A DNA stretch of 49,661 nucleotides from a bacterium (GTDB lineage Bacteria > Patescibacteriota > Minisyncoccia > UBA6257 > Colwellbacteraceae). A model generated the notes under the pieces. The model saw only the letters and a list, made by a program, of their open reading frames with translations. It did not search any database and was not told the origin of the DNA. The DNA lies in contig JAJYME010000005.1 in the NCBI GenBank assembly GCA_021787205.1, positions 1 through 49,661 of the forward strand, given 5' to 3'. The translations under genes and the position numbers were made by a program. How positions within the stretch are numbered: the first letter of the stretch is position 1; every line of letters starts with the position of its first letter. Positions 9,841 through 18,896 of this stretch are shown here, piece by piece.

Positions 9841-9990
9841 TTATTTGTTTGTATCCTTGTCATCGCCCTTTTTCTTATTGAGAAAGATAACCCAAGCCGC
9901 AGTCATAATAAGGAATGGAACTGAGAAAACGACGAGGAGGGTAAGGCAGATCAGCATCAACCGCGCCATTCCTCCGAAGATGGCTATCAT
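9841..9990 (-). CDS. Small single-pass membrane protein (49 aa), not in the ORF track
   Basis: MIAIFGGMARLMLICLTLLVVFSVPFLIMTAAWVIFLNKKKGDDKDTNK*; fills the gap between pspC and the next gene with 2-3 nt spacers. Confidence 0.75.
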   Translation of the reverse strand: MIAIFGGMARLMLICLTLLVVFSVPFLIMTAAWVIFLNKKKGDDKDTNK

Positions 9991-9992
9991 CG

Positions 9993-10235
9993 TTATTCCT
10001 TGCGCCTTCCGGCTTCAGCCTCTTCATCGGCCTTTCGATCCAAGTGATATGGCTCTTCAGGCACTACTGCGGAAGCGACAATATAAGCAAGCGCAGGTAA
10101 AAAGAACATTCCTATAAAAAGGAAAAAGATGTAAAAAACCCTGAGGATGGTGGGGTCGATATCAAGATATTCCCCGATACCTCCGATCAGACCGGTGATG
10201 ACTTTGTTATTTCGGCTTCGATAAAGCTTTTTCAT
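9993..10235 (-). CDS. pspC: PspC domain protein
   Basis: KKLYRSRNNKVITGLIGGIGEYLDIDPTILR...YIVASAVVPEEP. Confidence 0.9.
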   Translation of the reverse strand: MKKLYRSRNNKVITGLIGGIGEYLDIDPTILRVFYIFFLFIGMFFLPALAYIVASAVVPEEPYHLDRKADEEAEAGRRKE

Positions 10236-10241
10236 ATGATG

Positions 10242-10296
10242 ATTATATCACAAAAGATGTTAAGAAAAGGTAAAAAAATTGTTAAGGAATTGTTAA
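10242..10296 (-). promoter_or_regulatory. Direct-repeat box array 2 with extended -10; leaderless pspC promoter
   Basis: Hexamers at plus-strand 10291, 10280, 10269, 10258 (11-bp period), 10 nt ending TGA, TATAAT, 6 nt, ATG. Confidence 0.85.
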
Positions 10297-10346
10297 AGAA
10301 TAATCAAGAAAAAGAAAAAACCGCCCAAGATGAGCGGTCGAGATAA

Positions 10347-10895
10347 TTAAAGAGATGATTGCGTCTTCTCCGGCTTGTTCCGGGTTGAATAGATCAGGTG
10401 CGAGCAGAAGAAGAGAAGGATGGGGATTCCGATCAGGGAACAGTAAGTTTCCCAAGCGGCCCAGAACATGTAAGTGGTCCACTCCCAATCGGAACCGTTG
10501 AGAAGATAGAGAGTTTTCAAAAAGATGTAGACAAAAATCGTGGCGATAAAGAAAATAGCGACAATCCTTCTCTTGTTCAATTCCCTTTTCTTATCATTGC
10601 CGGTGATAGCTCCAACCAAGAAAATCAGGAAAATGACCGGAGTAAGCAGAGCCGAGAGACCGGTCCAAGAAGACCACATTGCTCCAAGAACGCTTTCTCC
10701 ATCGCCGAACGGAATCCAGAGCCCATAAGAGCCAGAAGTCTTAACTGAGCCTAAGATCAGCGCCGGAATGGCAAAAAAGACGACAAGGGACAGGACGGAA
10801 GAGATGAAAGATCTTAAAAATGTCACCCCAGAAAACTTAGCGACAACCCTAGATCTCCGACCGGTAAAGAAGTTAAAACCCTTTCCTTTTAGCAT
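10347..10895 (-). CDS. Hypothetical multi-pass membrane protein
   Basis: About 4 hydrophobic segments. ATG at 10895 is preceded by TAAGGAGGT and a TTGACA-N17-CATATT promoter. Confidence 0.7.
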   Translation of the reverse strand: MLKGKGFNFFTGRRSRVVAKFSGVTFLRSFISSVLSLVVFFAIPALILGSVKTSGSYGLWIPFGDGESVLGAMWSSWTGLSALLTPVIFLIFLVGAITGNDKKRELNKRRIVAIFFIATIFVYIFLKTLYLLNGSDWEWTTYMFWAAWETYCSLIGIPILLFFCSHLIYSTRNKPEKTQSSL

Positions 10896-11071
10896 AAAAA
10901 ACAACCTCCTTAAATATATGTTTAATAAAAGTTTCTAAAGGGAATATGACACATCATTATTATTTTGTCAATAGCTTATCCCCCTTTTTTAAGGTATAAT
11001 TGACTAATCAGCGTTCTTGTATCCGACGAAAGAGCAAAATTGCTCGTCCGGACAAGATCGCCAAACCAAAA

Positions 11072-12043
11072 ATGATAGTTGATGAAATAAAAATTAAAGT
11101 GGTAGCCGGAAAAGGAGGCCAAGGAGCAGTCGCCTTCGATAAGAATTTGATGGCTAAGGGGGCGGCCGGAGGTTCCGGCGGCCATGGCGGCAGCGTCTGG
11201 TTTGAGGGAGTTTCCGATCTCACCAAGCTTAACCAATTCCGTTTTAAGAAAGAGCTCGAGGCAGAAAACGGCGAGCCTGGTCGCGGTCAGTGGAGGGACG
11301 GCAAGAATGGAGCCGACTTGATCGTCTACATACCCGTTGGCACCGTAGTCACCAACCTTCAAAACAATGAGAAACAAGAAGTGACCCAGGTGGGCGAAAA
11401 AATCCTGGCCGCCAAAGGCGGAAACGGAGGCAAGGGCAATTTCTTATTCCGCGGTCCGAAGAATACCTCCCCCACCCAATTCCAACCGGGATTGCCAGGA
11501 GAAGAATTCGAATTGAAACTGGAACTGAAAATGATTGCCGATGTCGGATTCATCGGACTGCCTAACGGCGGCAAATCAAGCTTGTTAAACACCCTGACAG
11601 CCGCGAAGGCAAAGGTGGGCAATTACGCCTTCACCACTCTCGAGCCGAACTTGGGAGCTTATTACGAATTGATCCTGGCGGATATTCCCGGATTGATCGA
11701 GGGCGCTTCCGAAGGCAGAGGTCTCGGGGCTAAATTCTTAAGACATGTCGAGAGAACAAAATATTTGTTCCATCTGATTTCGTCGGAAACCCAGGATCCC
11801 GTCCATGATTACAAGATCATCCGGGGCGAGCTTAAGAAATACAACAAGGAGTTGGCTAAGAAAAAAGAGACTGTCTTCATTTCCAAATCAGACCTGGTAG
11901 ACGAGGAAAGGATGAAGGAAATAATCGAAGCCCTGGCCGGAGAGAAAGTCAAAGCGACACCGATAACGATTGCTGACGACGAGGGAATAAAACCAGTCCG
12001 CAAAGCCTTGGAAAAGATCCAAAAGGAAAAAATAAAGAGTTAA
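11072..12043 (+). CDS. obgE: GTPase Obg
   Basis: MIVDEIKIKVVAGKGG, Gly-rich Obg fold, GLPNGGKSS, YAFTTLEPNLG, DIPGLIEGA. Start moved to ATG at 11072. Confidence 0.96.
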   Translation: MIVDEIKIKVVAGKGGQGAVAFDKNLMAKGAAGGSGGHGGSVWFEGVSDLTKLNQFRFKKELEAENGEPGRGQWRDGKNGADLIVYIPVGTVVTNLQNNEKQEVTQVGEKILAAKGGNGGKGNFLFRGPKNTSPTQFQPGLPGEEFELKLELKMIADVGFIGLPNGGKSSLLNTLTAAKAKVGNYAFTTLEPNLGAYYELILADIPGLIEGASEGRGLGAKFLRHVERTKYLFHLISSETQDPVHDYKIIRGELKKYNKELAKKKETVFISKSDLVDEERMKEIIEALAGEKVKATPITIADDEGIKPVRKALEKIQKEKIKS

Positions 12044-12045
12044 GA

Positions 12046-12073
12046 AAAACCCGCCATTTTTTGTGGCGGGTTT
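12046..12073. terminator. Bidirectional terminator between convergent genes
   Basis: AAACCCGCCA-TTTTTTG-TGGCGGGTTT. Confidence 0.75.
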
Positions 12074-12084
12074 GGTTTAAGGTT

Positions 12085-12540
12085 CTAAGAGATTTGGGAT
12101 AGGGATTCGATCCGTTGGATCCGGGCGTTAGTCGCGGCTTCGCGCTTTTCCTGGACCAGGTCAGCGAAGAGCTGAGCCTGAGTCACGGGAGAGTTGTTCT
12201 TCATCCAGACTCCGCAGTCATTGGAGTGGGGTACCCAGAAGCCCAGGTGCTCATAACCGGAAGCCTCGAGGATATCGAAGATGAACTGGCCCTTGTGGTA
12301 CCTTTCCGTCCAGTCAGAGACGATGTCGATAGGAATGGTGTTGCCGTCGATCGGACGATCGGAGAAAACGGAGAGCCGGATAAGCCAGACATCAGCATTG
12401 GTGTCGACAATGGCCAGAGTGCCGTTGTTAACACAGTAGCCACCACGAAGGTTCAGAACATCGGCCGGAAACTCGCTGTCATCGCGAAGAAGACGAACGG
12501 CAAACCGCTTCAGGATCTCAACCAACGTCGTCGTAAACAT
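12085..12540 (-). CDS. Hypothetical protein
   Basis: 151-aa ORF with GGGAGG 8 nt upstream of ATG, a perfect TTGACA-N17-TATAAT promoter at 12611-12639 and a downstream terminator. Confidence 0.7.
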   Translation of the reverse strand: MFTTTLVEILKRFAVRLLRDDSEFPADVLNLRGGYCVNNGTLAIVDTNADVWLIRLSVFSDRPIDGNTIPIDIVSDWTERYHKGQFIFDILEASGYEHLGFWVPHSNDCGVWMKNNSPVTQAQLFADLVQEKREAATNARIQRIESLSQIS

Positions 12541-12694
12541 AATGTCAGCCTCCCAACCTCAATTTAGAGAGCTATCAATTGGAATCTTTAATTCCTTATT
12601 GATTGTCTAAATTATACCATTTATCCCCTTTTTTGTCAAGAGAAAACAATCAAAACTGGCAAAAAACAAAGGTTTTATGCTATTAATTAAGACT

Positions 12695-13234
12695 ATGGAG
12701 AAGGAAGAAATATTGCTTCATATCTGCTGTGCCGTTTGCGGCAGGCTGTTTACCCAGCTCCTTTCAGAAAACTACTCACCCGTGATCTATTATGACAACT
12801 CCAATATCTACCCTGAGGCGGAATATATGAAAAGACGGGATGAAACGAGAAAGCTAGCAGAAAAATTCGGTCTCAGATTCATTGATGGCCGATATGACCA
12901 CGAAGAGTGGAAGAGTTTCGTTGCCGGACTGGAAGAAGAGCCGGAAGGCGGCAAACGTTGCGACAAATGCTTCCTCTACAGGCTTCAGAAGGCCGCTGGG
13001 ATGGCAAAGCAGGAGGGAATCGCAAGATTCACCACCACCCTTTCCCTATCCCCCTTCAAGAACGAGATCAGGGTCGAGGAGGCGGGCGAGGCGGCAAAGG
13101 AGATGCTCGAATTTCTCACCCCATGGAAAGAGTTCGAGAAAAAGGATTTCTGGAGAGATAATATGAAGATCGTGAGAGCTGAAGAAATCTACCGCCAGAA
13201 TTACTGCGGTTGCGAGTTCTCGATGAGAAAATAA
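12695..13234 (+). CDS. queH: Epoxyqueuosine reductase QueH (DUF208)
   Basis: LLHICCAVC, NIYP, EPEGGKRCDKC, FTTTLSLSPFK, YRQNYCGCEFS. Confidence 0.92.
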   Translation: MEKEEILLHICCAVCGRLFTQLLSENYSPVIYYDNSNIYPEAEYMKRRDETRKLAEKFGLRFIDGRYDHEEWKSFVAGLEEEPEGGKRCDKCFLYRLQKAAGMAKQEGIARFTTTLSLSPFKNEIRVEEAGEAAKEMLEFLTPWKEFEKKDFWRDNMKIVRAEEIYRQNYCGCEFSMRK

Positions 13235-13260
13235 AAAACACAGCGAAAGCTGTGTTTTTT
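13234..13260. terminator. Bidirectional terminator
   Basis: AAAAACACAGC-GAAA-GCTGTGTTTTT. Confidence 0.8.
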
Positions 13261-13261
13261 A

Positions 13262-14494
13262 TTACTCATAACGCAGAGCCTCAATCGGATGTTTCTTGGC
13301 GGCGCTTCTAGCCGGATAGAGGCCAAAGACAATCCCGACAAAGGCGGAAACCCCGAAGCCGATCAGAATGGCGTTGGGCGGAACGACAAATGACGCCTCA
13401 CTCGCCGTCGAGAGTTTATTGATGATCAGCATCGCGACATAAGACAAGCCCACACCAAACAAGATTCCGATGATTCCTCCTAGGATCGTGAGAATGATGG
13501 ATTCAAAAAGAAACTGGTTGGAGATATCGCCAGGCGTAGCTCCAAGGGCCTTTCTCAAACCGATTTCGCGGGTGCGTTCGGAAACAGAAACCAACATGAT
13601 GTTCATAATTCCGATACCCCCGACAACCAGGGAGATGGCGGCAACCGAAGTCAAAAGGATAGTGACAATCGCCATAACCGAACCGATTTGTTTCATGAAA
13701 TCGTCAGGAGTGGCGACGGAAAAATCATCCTTCGACGGATCGTCAATATCGTGGGTTTCGCGCAAGGTATACCTGATATCCTCAGCAGTCGCCCCTACCG
13801 TACTGTCTGATTCTGATTTTACCGCCAATTGCTCAAAAGTGTCGGTGCCTTTGAGATACCGGTTGACGGCGGTGTAGGGAATGACAACCGTCTTATTAAG
13901 GTCAAGCATACCCTTCTGGGCGCGATCGTTATAATAGCCGATAACCTTGAAGTTCGTGTCCTTGATCTTTATTTTTTCGCCGATCGGATCCCCCATGCCA
14001 AAGAGATATTCTTTGACATTCGAACCCAGGAGGGCGACCTGGGTACCGGACTTCACATCATCGTCAGTAAACATTCGGCCGTAATCGACATTATAATCGA
14101 ACATATCCATGGCATCGCCCGAAGTGCCAAGAATGGTATAGGTCTTATTGCTGCCTCCATAGGTCACCTTCCCGGAATAAATGGAGACGGGAGCGATATA
14201 CTTAACGAAGTGGACCTTCTCGGGGTTCTTCAAAGCTTCAAGATCCTTCTCGTTAATTCTTCTTGCGAACATACTCGAAGCGTCAAAGCTATGAGAACCA
14301 GGTTCGACAAAGATAATTCCCGAGCCTAAGGATTGGATCTGGTTATAAATCATGCTCTCAGTAATCTTGCCGATGGACATGACGGCAATAATGGCGGCAA
14401 TACCGATGACGATGCCAAGGATAGTGAGGGTGGAGCGGGAACGATTGATGCCGATGGCTTTGAAAGCCATGCTGAAAAGTTGTTTTATTCTCAT
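13262..14494 (-). CDS. MacB/FtsX-family ABC transporter permease
   Basis: RSTLTILGIVIG, LVVGGIGIMNIMLVSVSERTREIGLRKALGA, PIEALRYE. Confidence 0.93.
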   Translation of the reverse strand: MRIKQLFSMAFKAIGINRSRSTLTILGIVIGIAAIIAVMSIGKITESMIYNQIQSLGSGIIFVEPGSHSFDASSMFARRINEKDLEALKNPEKVHFVKYIAPVSIYSGKVTYGGSNKTYTILGTSGDAMDMFDYNVDYGRMFTDDDVKSGTQVALLGSNVKEYLFGMGDPIGEKIKIKDTNFKVIGYYNDRAQKGMLDLNKTVVIPYTAVNRYLKGTDTFEQLAVKSESDSTVGATAEDIRYTLRETHDIDDPSKDDFSVATPDDFMKQIGSVMAIVTILLTSVAAISLVVGGIGIMNIMLVSVSERTREIGLRKALGATPGDISNQFLFESIILTILGGIIGILFGVGLSYVAMLIINKLSTASEASFVVPPNAILIGFGVSAFVGIVFGLYPARSAAKKHPIEALRYE

Positions 14495-15214
14495 TTATTT
14501 ATGATAACCATCCCCAATCTTTCTTCTGTTTTCGACTATGCGATCACTATCCACTTCCCCATCCTTGATCTTGATGATGCGCTCGGCATATTCCGCCGTC
14601 TCAGATTCGTGGGTAATGAGAACGATGGTGATTTTATCTTCATCATTCAATTTTTCAAGGATATCCATAACCACGCCGCCCGATTTGGAATCCAAGTTTC
14701 CCGTCGGCTCATCGGCAAAGATGACCTTGGGCTTATTGACCAGGGCGCGGGCGATGGCAACCCTCTGTTTCTCTCCGCCAGAAAGCTTGGAGGCATCGTG
14801 GTACATCCTGTGTTCGAGGCCGACCGCCTTGACGGCCTCCTCCGCCAACTTCTGCCAGTTTTTTTCAGGAACTTCAGAATATAACAAAGGAAGTTTCACG
14901 TTTTCCAAGACGGTAGTCCTGGGAAGGAGGAAGAACATTTGGAAAACGAAACCGATTTCCTTATTTCTGATCCTGGCAAGGTCGACATCAGACATCTCAT
15001 CCATAGTCTTCCCATTAAAACGGTAAAGACCGTCGGTCGGTCGGTCCAAAAAGCCCATGATATGGAGAATGGTTGATTTCCCCGATCCTGAAGGACCCAT
15101 AATCGAGACGAATTCGCCCTTCTCAATTTTGAAAGAAACTCCCTTTAAAACGGGAGTTTCTATGCCGTCTGAGGCGTAAATTTTAGTTATGTTTTCTAAT
15201 TCTATTAAGCTCAT
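14495..15214 (-). CDS. MacB/LolD-family ABC ATP-binding protein
   Basis: GPSGSGKST, IGFVFQ, LSGGEKQRVAIARAL, DEPTGNLD. Confidence 0.93.
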   Translation of the reverse strand: MSLIELENITKIYASDGIETPVLKGVSFKIEKGEFVSIMGPSGSGKSTILHIMGFLDRPTDGLYRFNGKTMDEMSDVDLARIRNKEIGFVFQMFFLLPRTTVLENVKLPLLYSEVPEKNWQKLAEEAVKAVGLEHRMYHDASKLSGGEKQRVAIARALVNKPKVIFADEPTGNLDSKSGGVVMDILEKLNDEDKITIVLITHESETAEYAERIIKIKDGEVDSDRIVENRRKIGDGYHK

Positions 15215-15216
15215 GA

Positions 15217-16824
15217 TTATTTAGCGCTCTTTATGGAAGACAGGGTGACGATTTCATCGCCAGGCTCCAATCCGGAGACGACTTCAGTATAACCTTCGCT
15301 GCCCTTGAAGCCGGTTTGGATTTCTTTCTCCTCATTAGCAAGAGTTTTCTTTCCGTCAACGTATTTGGCAACCATGACGTACTTCTTTCCTTCTCTTGTG
15401 ATAATCGATCGCTGAGGAACAGACAAGGCTCCCATTTTTTCACCCGTCGCAATGTCGATGTTGGCGGTCATACCAGACTTGATCCGGTCGTCCTTGTTAA
15501 CAAATTCGAAGGTCGTCTTATAGGTGGCGACATTATCCTTAATAACTTCACCGGGGTTGATCATGGTGACCTTAGCTTGGAATTTAACATCCGAACCATA
15601 AGCGTCCAAATCAACGGTGGCGATATCACCGACCTTAATCTTGGCGATATCAGATTCCACAATGTCGGCTTCAATCAAATAATTGCCCGAAGAAATCAAA
15701 GAGACGACGCTCTTCCCTCCAGTTGCCATCTCGCCTACCGAGACATCAGTCCTGGCAACGGTGCCGGAAAAAGGAGCGCGAATCCTGTTCTTTTCCATAG
15801 AAGTGTAAATCTGGTCAATCTGACCCTGGGCGGAAGCGATGGCCGCCAGCTTGGCCGATTTCTCGTATTCGGTGGCCGGAGACTTCTTGAGAGCCAATTG
15901 CTTTTGGTACAAGTTATAGGAGTTTCTTGAGGAAACGTACTTGTCTTTGGAAGCTCTTAACTGGTCAGTCAGAGTGACGGCCGAAGCCCTGGAAGCGGCA
16001 ACGGTAGCCTTCCAATAATCGACGGAAGAAATGCCGACGACTTGACCACTAAGAGCCGTATTAAGGTTATCGCAAAGATCCCTGATCTTTTCCGTTCCGG
16101 AAATAATCGAATCAGCAAAAGAAACGAGTTCATCGCCGCTCATCGTGTTATAAGAACCGGAAGACAGGAGGGCGTCGATAGCATCGGCATTATTTTTCAG
16201 AGTTTCAATCTTCGGTTGGGAAGTAAAATCATTGATGACCGAAAAGTTAAGCTTATTCTCAGTCCCGTACTTAGTAAAAAGACCGGCAAGCTTAGTATCG
16301 ACGATGTTGTCGATGGTGCTGTAACTGTTGCCGAGGTTATTGATCAAATCCTTCTCAGCGGAAACATAAGTGATCCGGCTTGATTCGACTTGAGCCTCGG
16401 AAATGCTGATATCTTCGGCCTTGGCGCCCGCAACCAAGCTATCATACTCGGCTTGCCTGGCAGCCAGGTTGCTCTCAGCGATCTTTAACTGGGCTTCATA
16501 ATCGCTGGTGTTCAAGGAAGCAATGGTGTCCCCAGCCGAAACCTTGGTACCGGCAGCGACGATTCTCGTCACTTTGCCAGAGCCCTCAAAGGCAAGCTCG
16601 ACATTATTCGAAGCCTTGACCTTGCCGGTCGTAGAGACGACCTGATACAAATCCCTGACCTCAGCCTTGACGAATTCCCTAGTATCAGTTTTCGGCCTTA
16701 AAATAACGTAAGCGGCAATCAGAACGATCGTTAAGCCAATGATGACGAACCACTTATTTTTTCCTGAAAAGAGCCAGACAACCGGCTTTTTGGTTTTATC
16801 GATAGCGTGTTTTATTTTACTCAT
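15217..16824 (-). CDS. MacA/HlyD-family membrane fusion (adaptor) protein with extended helical insert
   Basis: N-terminal TM, IRAPFSGTV lipoyl half-motif, IKSGMTANIDI, SGLEPGDEIV. Confidence 0.9.
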   Translation of the reverse strand: MSKIKHAIDKTKKPVVWLFSGKNKWFVIIGLTIVLIAAYVILRPKTDTREFVKAEVRDLYQVVSTTGKVKASNNVELAFEGSGKVTRIVAAGTKVSAGDTIASLNTSDYEAQLKIAESNLAARQAEYDSLVAGAKAEDISISEAQVESSRITYVSAEKDLINNLGNSYSTIDNIVDTKLAGLFTKYGTENKLNFSVINDFTSQPKIETLKNNADAIDALLSSGSYNTMSGDELVSFADSIISGTEKIRDLCDNLNTALSGQVVGISSVDYWKATVAASRASAVTLTDQLRASKDKYVSSRNSYNLYQKQLALKKSPATEYEKSAKLAAIASAQGQIDQIYTSMEKNRIRAPFSGTVARTDVSVGEMATGGKSVVSLISSGNYLIEADIVESDIAKIKVGDIATVDLDAYGSDVKFQAKVTMINPGEVIKDNVATYKTTFEFVNKDDRIKSGMTANIDIATGEKMGALSVPQRSIITREGKKYVMVAKYVDGKKTLANEEKEIQTGFKGSEGYTEVVSGLEPGDEIVTLSSIKSAK

Positions 16825-17260
16825 TTTCTTTTTTTGCGTTTCTAGATTCTCTTCTGGCGGCTCTCCAATGGATAATAAAAATCGGGGTAGCGATCAAGAT
16901 CATGGCGAGAGAGGTGGCTGAAGTCCTGGCTCGCTCGGAAGCGATATAATCAATATTCTTCTCTTTTTCAGACCAAGTCTTATAATCCTCAAGCCACTGG
17001 TGCGCCAGTCGCTTCTCTTCATCAGTAAACTCGGCTGAGCCGTCGATCGCCTCCACCTTCTTGGCAGCTTCAACCTTGGTGTAGGGATCAACCGGTCTAT
17101 TGTTGTACGCGTATCTGTCCTGATCGGCAGCTTTGAAGACATAAGTCTTAAGCATAGTATCGGAAAAATTAATGCTCCCGATAATCATAATGACGAGACA
17201 AATTAGCGAGACCAGATAAAAATAAATCAATTTGATGGCGTTGTTGATTCTAATGGACAT
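16817..17260 (-). CDS. Two-TM membrane protein (DUF5671-like), first gene of the exporter operon
   Basis: IYFYLVSLICL...SLAMILIATPIFIIHW; overlaps the adaptor start. Confidence 0.7.
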   Translation of the reverse strand: MSIRINNAIKLIYFYLVSLICLVIMIIGSINFSDTMLKTYVFKAADQDRYAYNNRPVDPYTKVEAAKKVEAIDGSAEFTDEEKRLAHQWLEDYKTWSEKEKNIDYIASERARTSATSLAMILIATPIFIIHWRAARRESRNAKKENE

Positions 17261-17315
17261 AACTTTATTATTATATGTTTATTTTAGGATTAGGTAAACT
17301 ACTTTGCTATGCATA

Positions 17316-17747
17316 TTACCCCTTGTTTACCAAGGTGATCCTTTTCACCTTTATCAATTCCCCGTCGAGGATTCCGGTGACCTTCGCCCGAATCCCAGCG
17401 GTCAGCAAATCAGCCGAGCAGGCGGACGCTTCCCCGCCGAAATCGCAAATGCTTGACCGATCGAGGACTAGGGCCTTGCGGATGGCTGGGATTCCCGGCA
17501 ATTCATAGAGAAAAGCCTTGCCGGTATTGGTCTCCACGATATATCCTTCACTCTCAAAGAGATTGCCAACATTGCCAGCCTTCTTGCTTGCCTGGTAAGA
17601 ACCGGCGGCGTAGAACTTATCTTCCTTGCTCTTTTCGGAAGCCTTTTGAAGAGCTGGAGGGAGGATGGCGCCGATAACGACAAACATGATCATGATGAGG
17701 ATCAGAGCAATGTGTTTTAGGGGACGAATATCGGGATGCATATCCAT
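17316..17747 (-). CDS. Hypothetical membrane-anchored protein
   Basis: N-terminal hydrophobic helix; YELPG and a Cys pair in the soluble part. Confidence 0.65.
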   Translation of the reverse strand: MDMHPDIRPLKHIALILIMIMFVVIGAILPPALQKASEKSKEDKFYAAGSYQASKKAGNVGNLFESEGYIVETNTGKAFLYELPGIPAIRKALVLDRSSICDFGGEASACSADLLTAGIRAKVTGILDGELIKVKRITLVNKG

Positions 17748-17962
17748 ATAATTCTATTAAAATATATCCAAAAGGTAAAATGACGAAATCAAAATCGACG
17801 CTGCCACCCCCCCCCGGCAAGTCGCGATGTTTCACACCGACCAATCAATATCGCAGCGCCCGCCAGTGTTTGAAACATAAACTTTCCTTCAATCATCGAA
17901 GCCCTAAGCAATGAAGAGCAAAGCGGTTGTTATTTTGACCCAAAAAGGCTAGACTTTGAAAA

Positions 17963-18406
17963 ATGCTTTATTCAGACATCGTTTGGGAGCACTACAAGAA
18001 TCCCAACAATTTCGGAAAACTGAAAAAATACGATTTTGAATTCGAAGATGTGAATGCCAAATGCGGAGACTCCGTCAAATGGTTCTTCAAAATAGACGGA
18101 GACAAATTAACGGACGTCAGTTTTGAAGGTCAGGGGTGCGCCTTATCAGTCGCCGGGTGCTCGATAATATCAGAGTTCTTCAAAGGAAGGGCGCTAAAGA
18201 AGATTATCGCCGCCAAAGACGAAGAGATATGGGATATTTTAGGATTCGAGCCCTACCCGGGTAGAATCCTGTGTTCGACCTTAGGGTTCTCCTCAATAAG
18301 AAAGGCCCTGATCGCCTATATCGAGAGCGCCAAACCGACCAATAAGAAAGTCAAAGACAAAAAAACCGCCAAACCGGCGAAAGTGGACAATAAGGCTAAA
18401 AAGTAG
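17963..18406 (+). CDS. sufU: SufU/IscU-family Fe-S scaffold or sulfur-transfer protein
   Basis: EHYKNPNNFG, NAKCGD, GQGCALS, RILC; Lys-rich tail. Confidence 0.88.
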   Translation: MLYSDIVWEHYKNPNNFGKLKKYDFEFEDVNAKCGDSVKWFFKIDGDKLTDVSFEGQGCALSVAGCSIISEFFKGRALKKIIAAKDEEIWDILGFEPYPGRILCSTLGFSSIRKALIAYIESAKPTNKKVKDKKTAKPAKVDNKAKK

Positions 18407-18451
18407 CATAATTCAGCCAGAAACTAACGAACTCTGAAAGGAGGGATTTCC

Positions 18452-18856
18452 GTGGGAGAGCACGAGGTCTATTATTTGCAAGAGGAAAAGTGGTGGCAAA
18501 AGATGCTGCCGGTAATCGAAAGATACGCAAAAGCAAAACCGGGACAAATCCAAAAGATCCTTTCCGCCCTGGATTTTATCTTGCTCTACAACACATTCGT
18601 TTCAGCACGTTCCCCGAGACTCAAGGCTGCCTGCTTTTATCTCCTTTGTCTTCTGATAAAGAAAGATTTCTCGGGCAACCTCCCGTTTTACCCGTTAAAG
18701 GACTTGTACCTGAAGTGCCCGCTGAATTACGAACCAAAGTGGAGCATCTCCGCCGCGATGCACATCGCCAAGTTCATTCCTGAGAGAGAACAAGCCTGGA
18801 TCTTATCCCTTCCCTGCCCGCATGCCGACTTTCCAGAAGGCTATGCGCCAGAATGA
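18452..18856 (+). CDS. Hypothetical protein
   Basis: GTG start with AAAGGAGG 7 nt upstream and TGGACA-N17-CATAAT; terminator directly after the stop. Confidence 0.65.
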   Translation: MGEHEVYYLQEEKWWQKMLPVIERYAKAKPGQIQKILSALDFILLYNTFVSARSPRLKAACFYLLCLLIKKDFSGNLPFYPLKDLYLKCPLNYEPKWSISAAMHIAKFIPEREQAWILSLPCPHADFPEGYAPE

Positions 18857-18890
18857 AAAAACGCCCTTTTACAAAGGGCGTTCTTTTTTT
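18857..18890. terminator. Bidirectional terminator
   Basis: AACGCCCTTT-TAC-AAAGGGCGTT followed by a T tract. Confidence 0.75.
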
Positions 18891-18896
18891 TATTGC

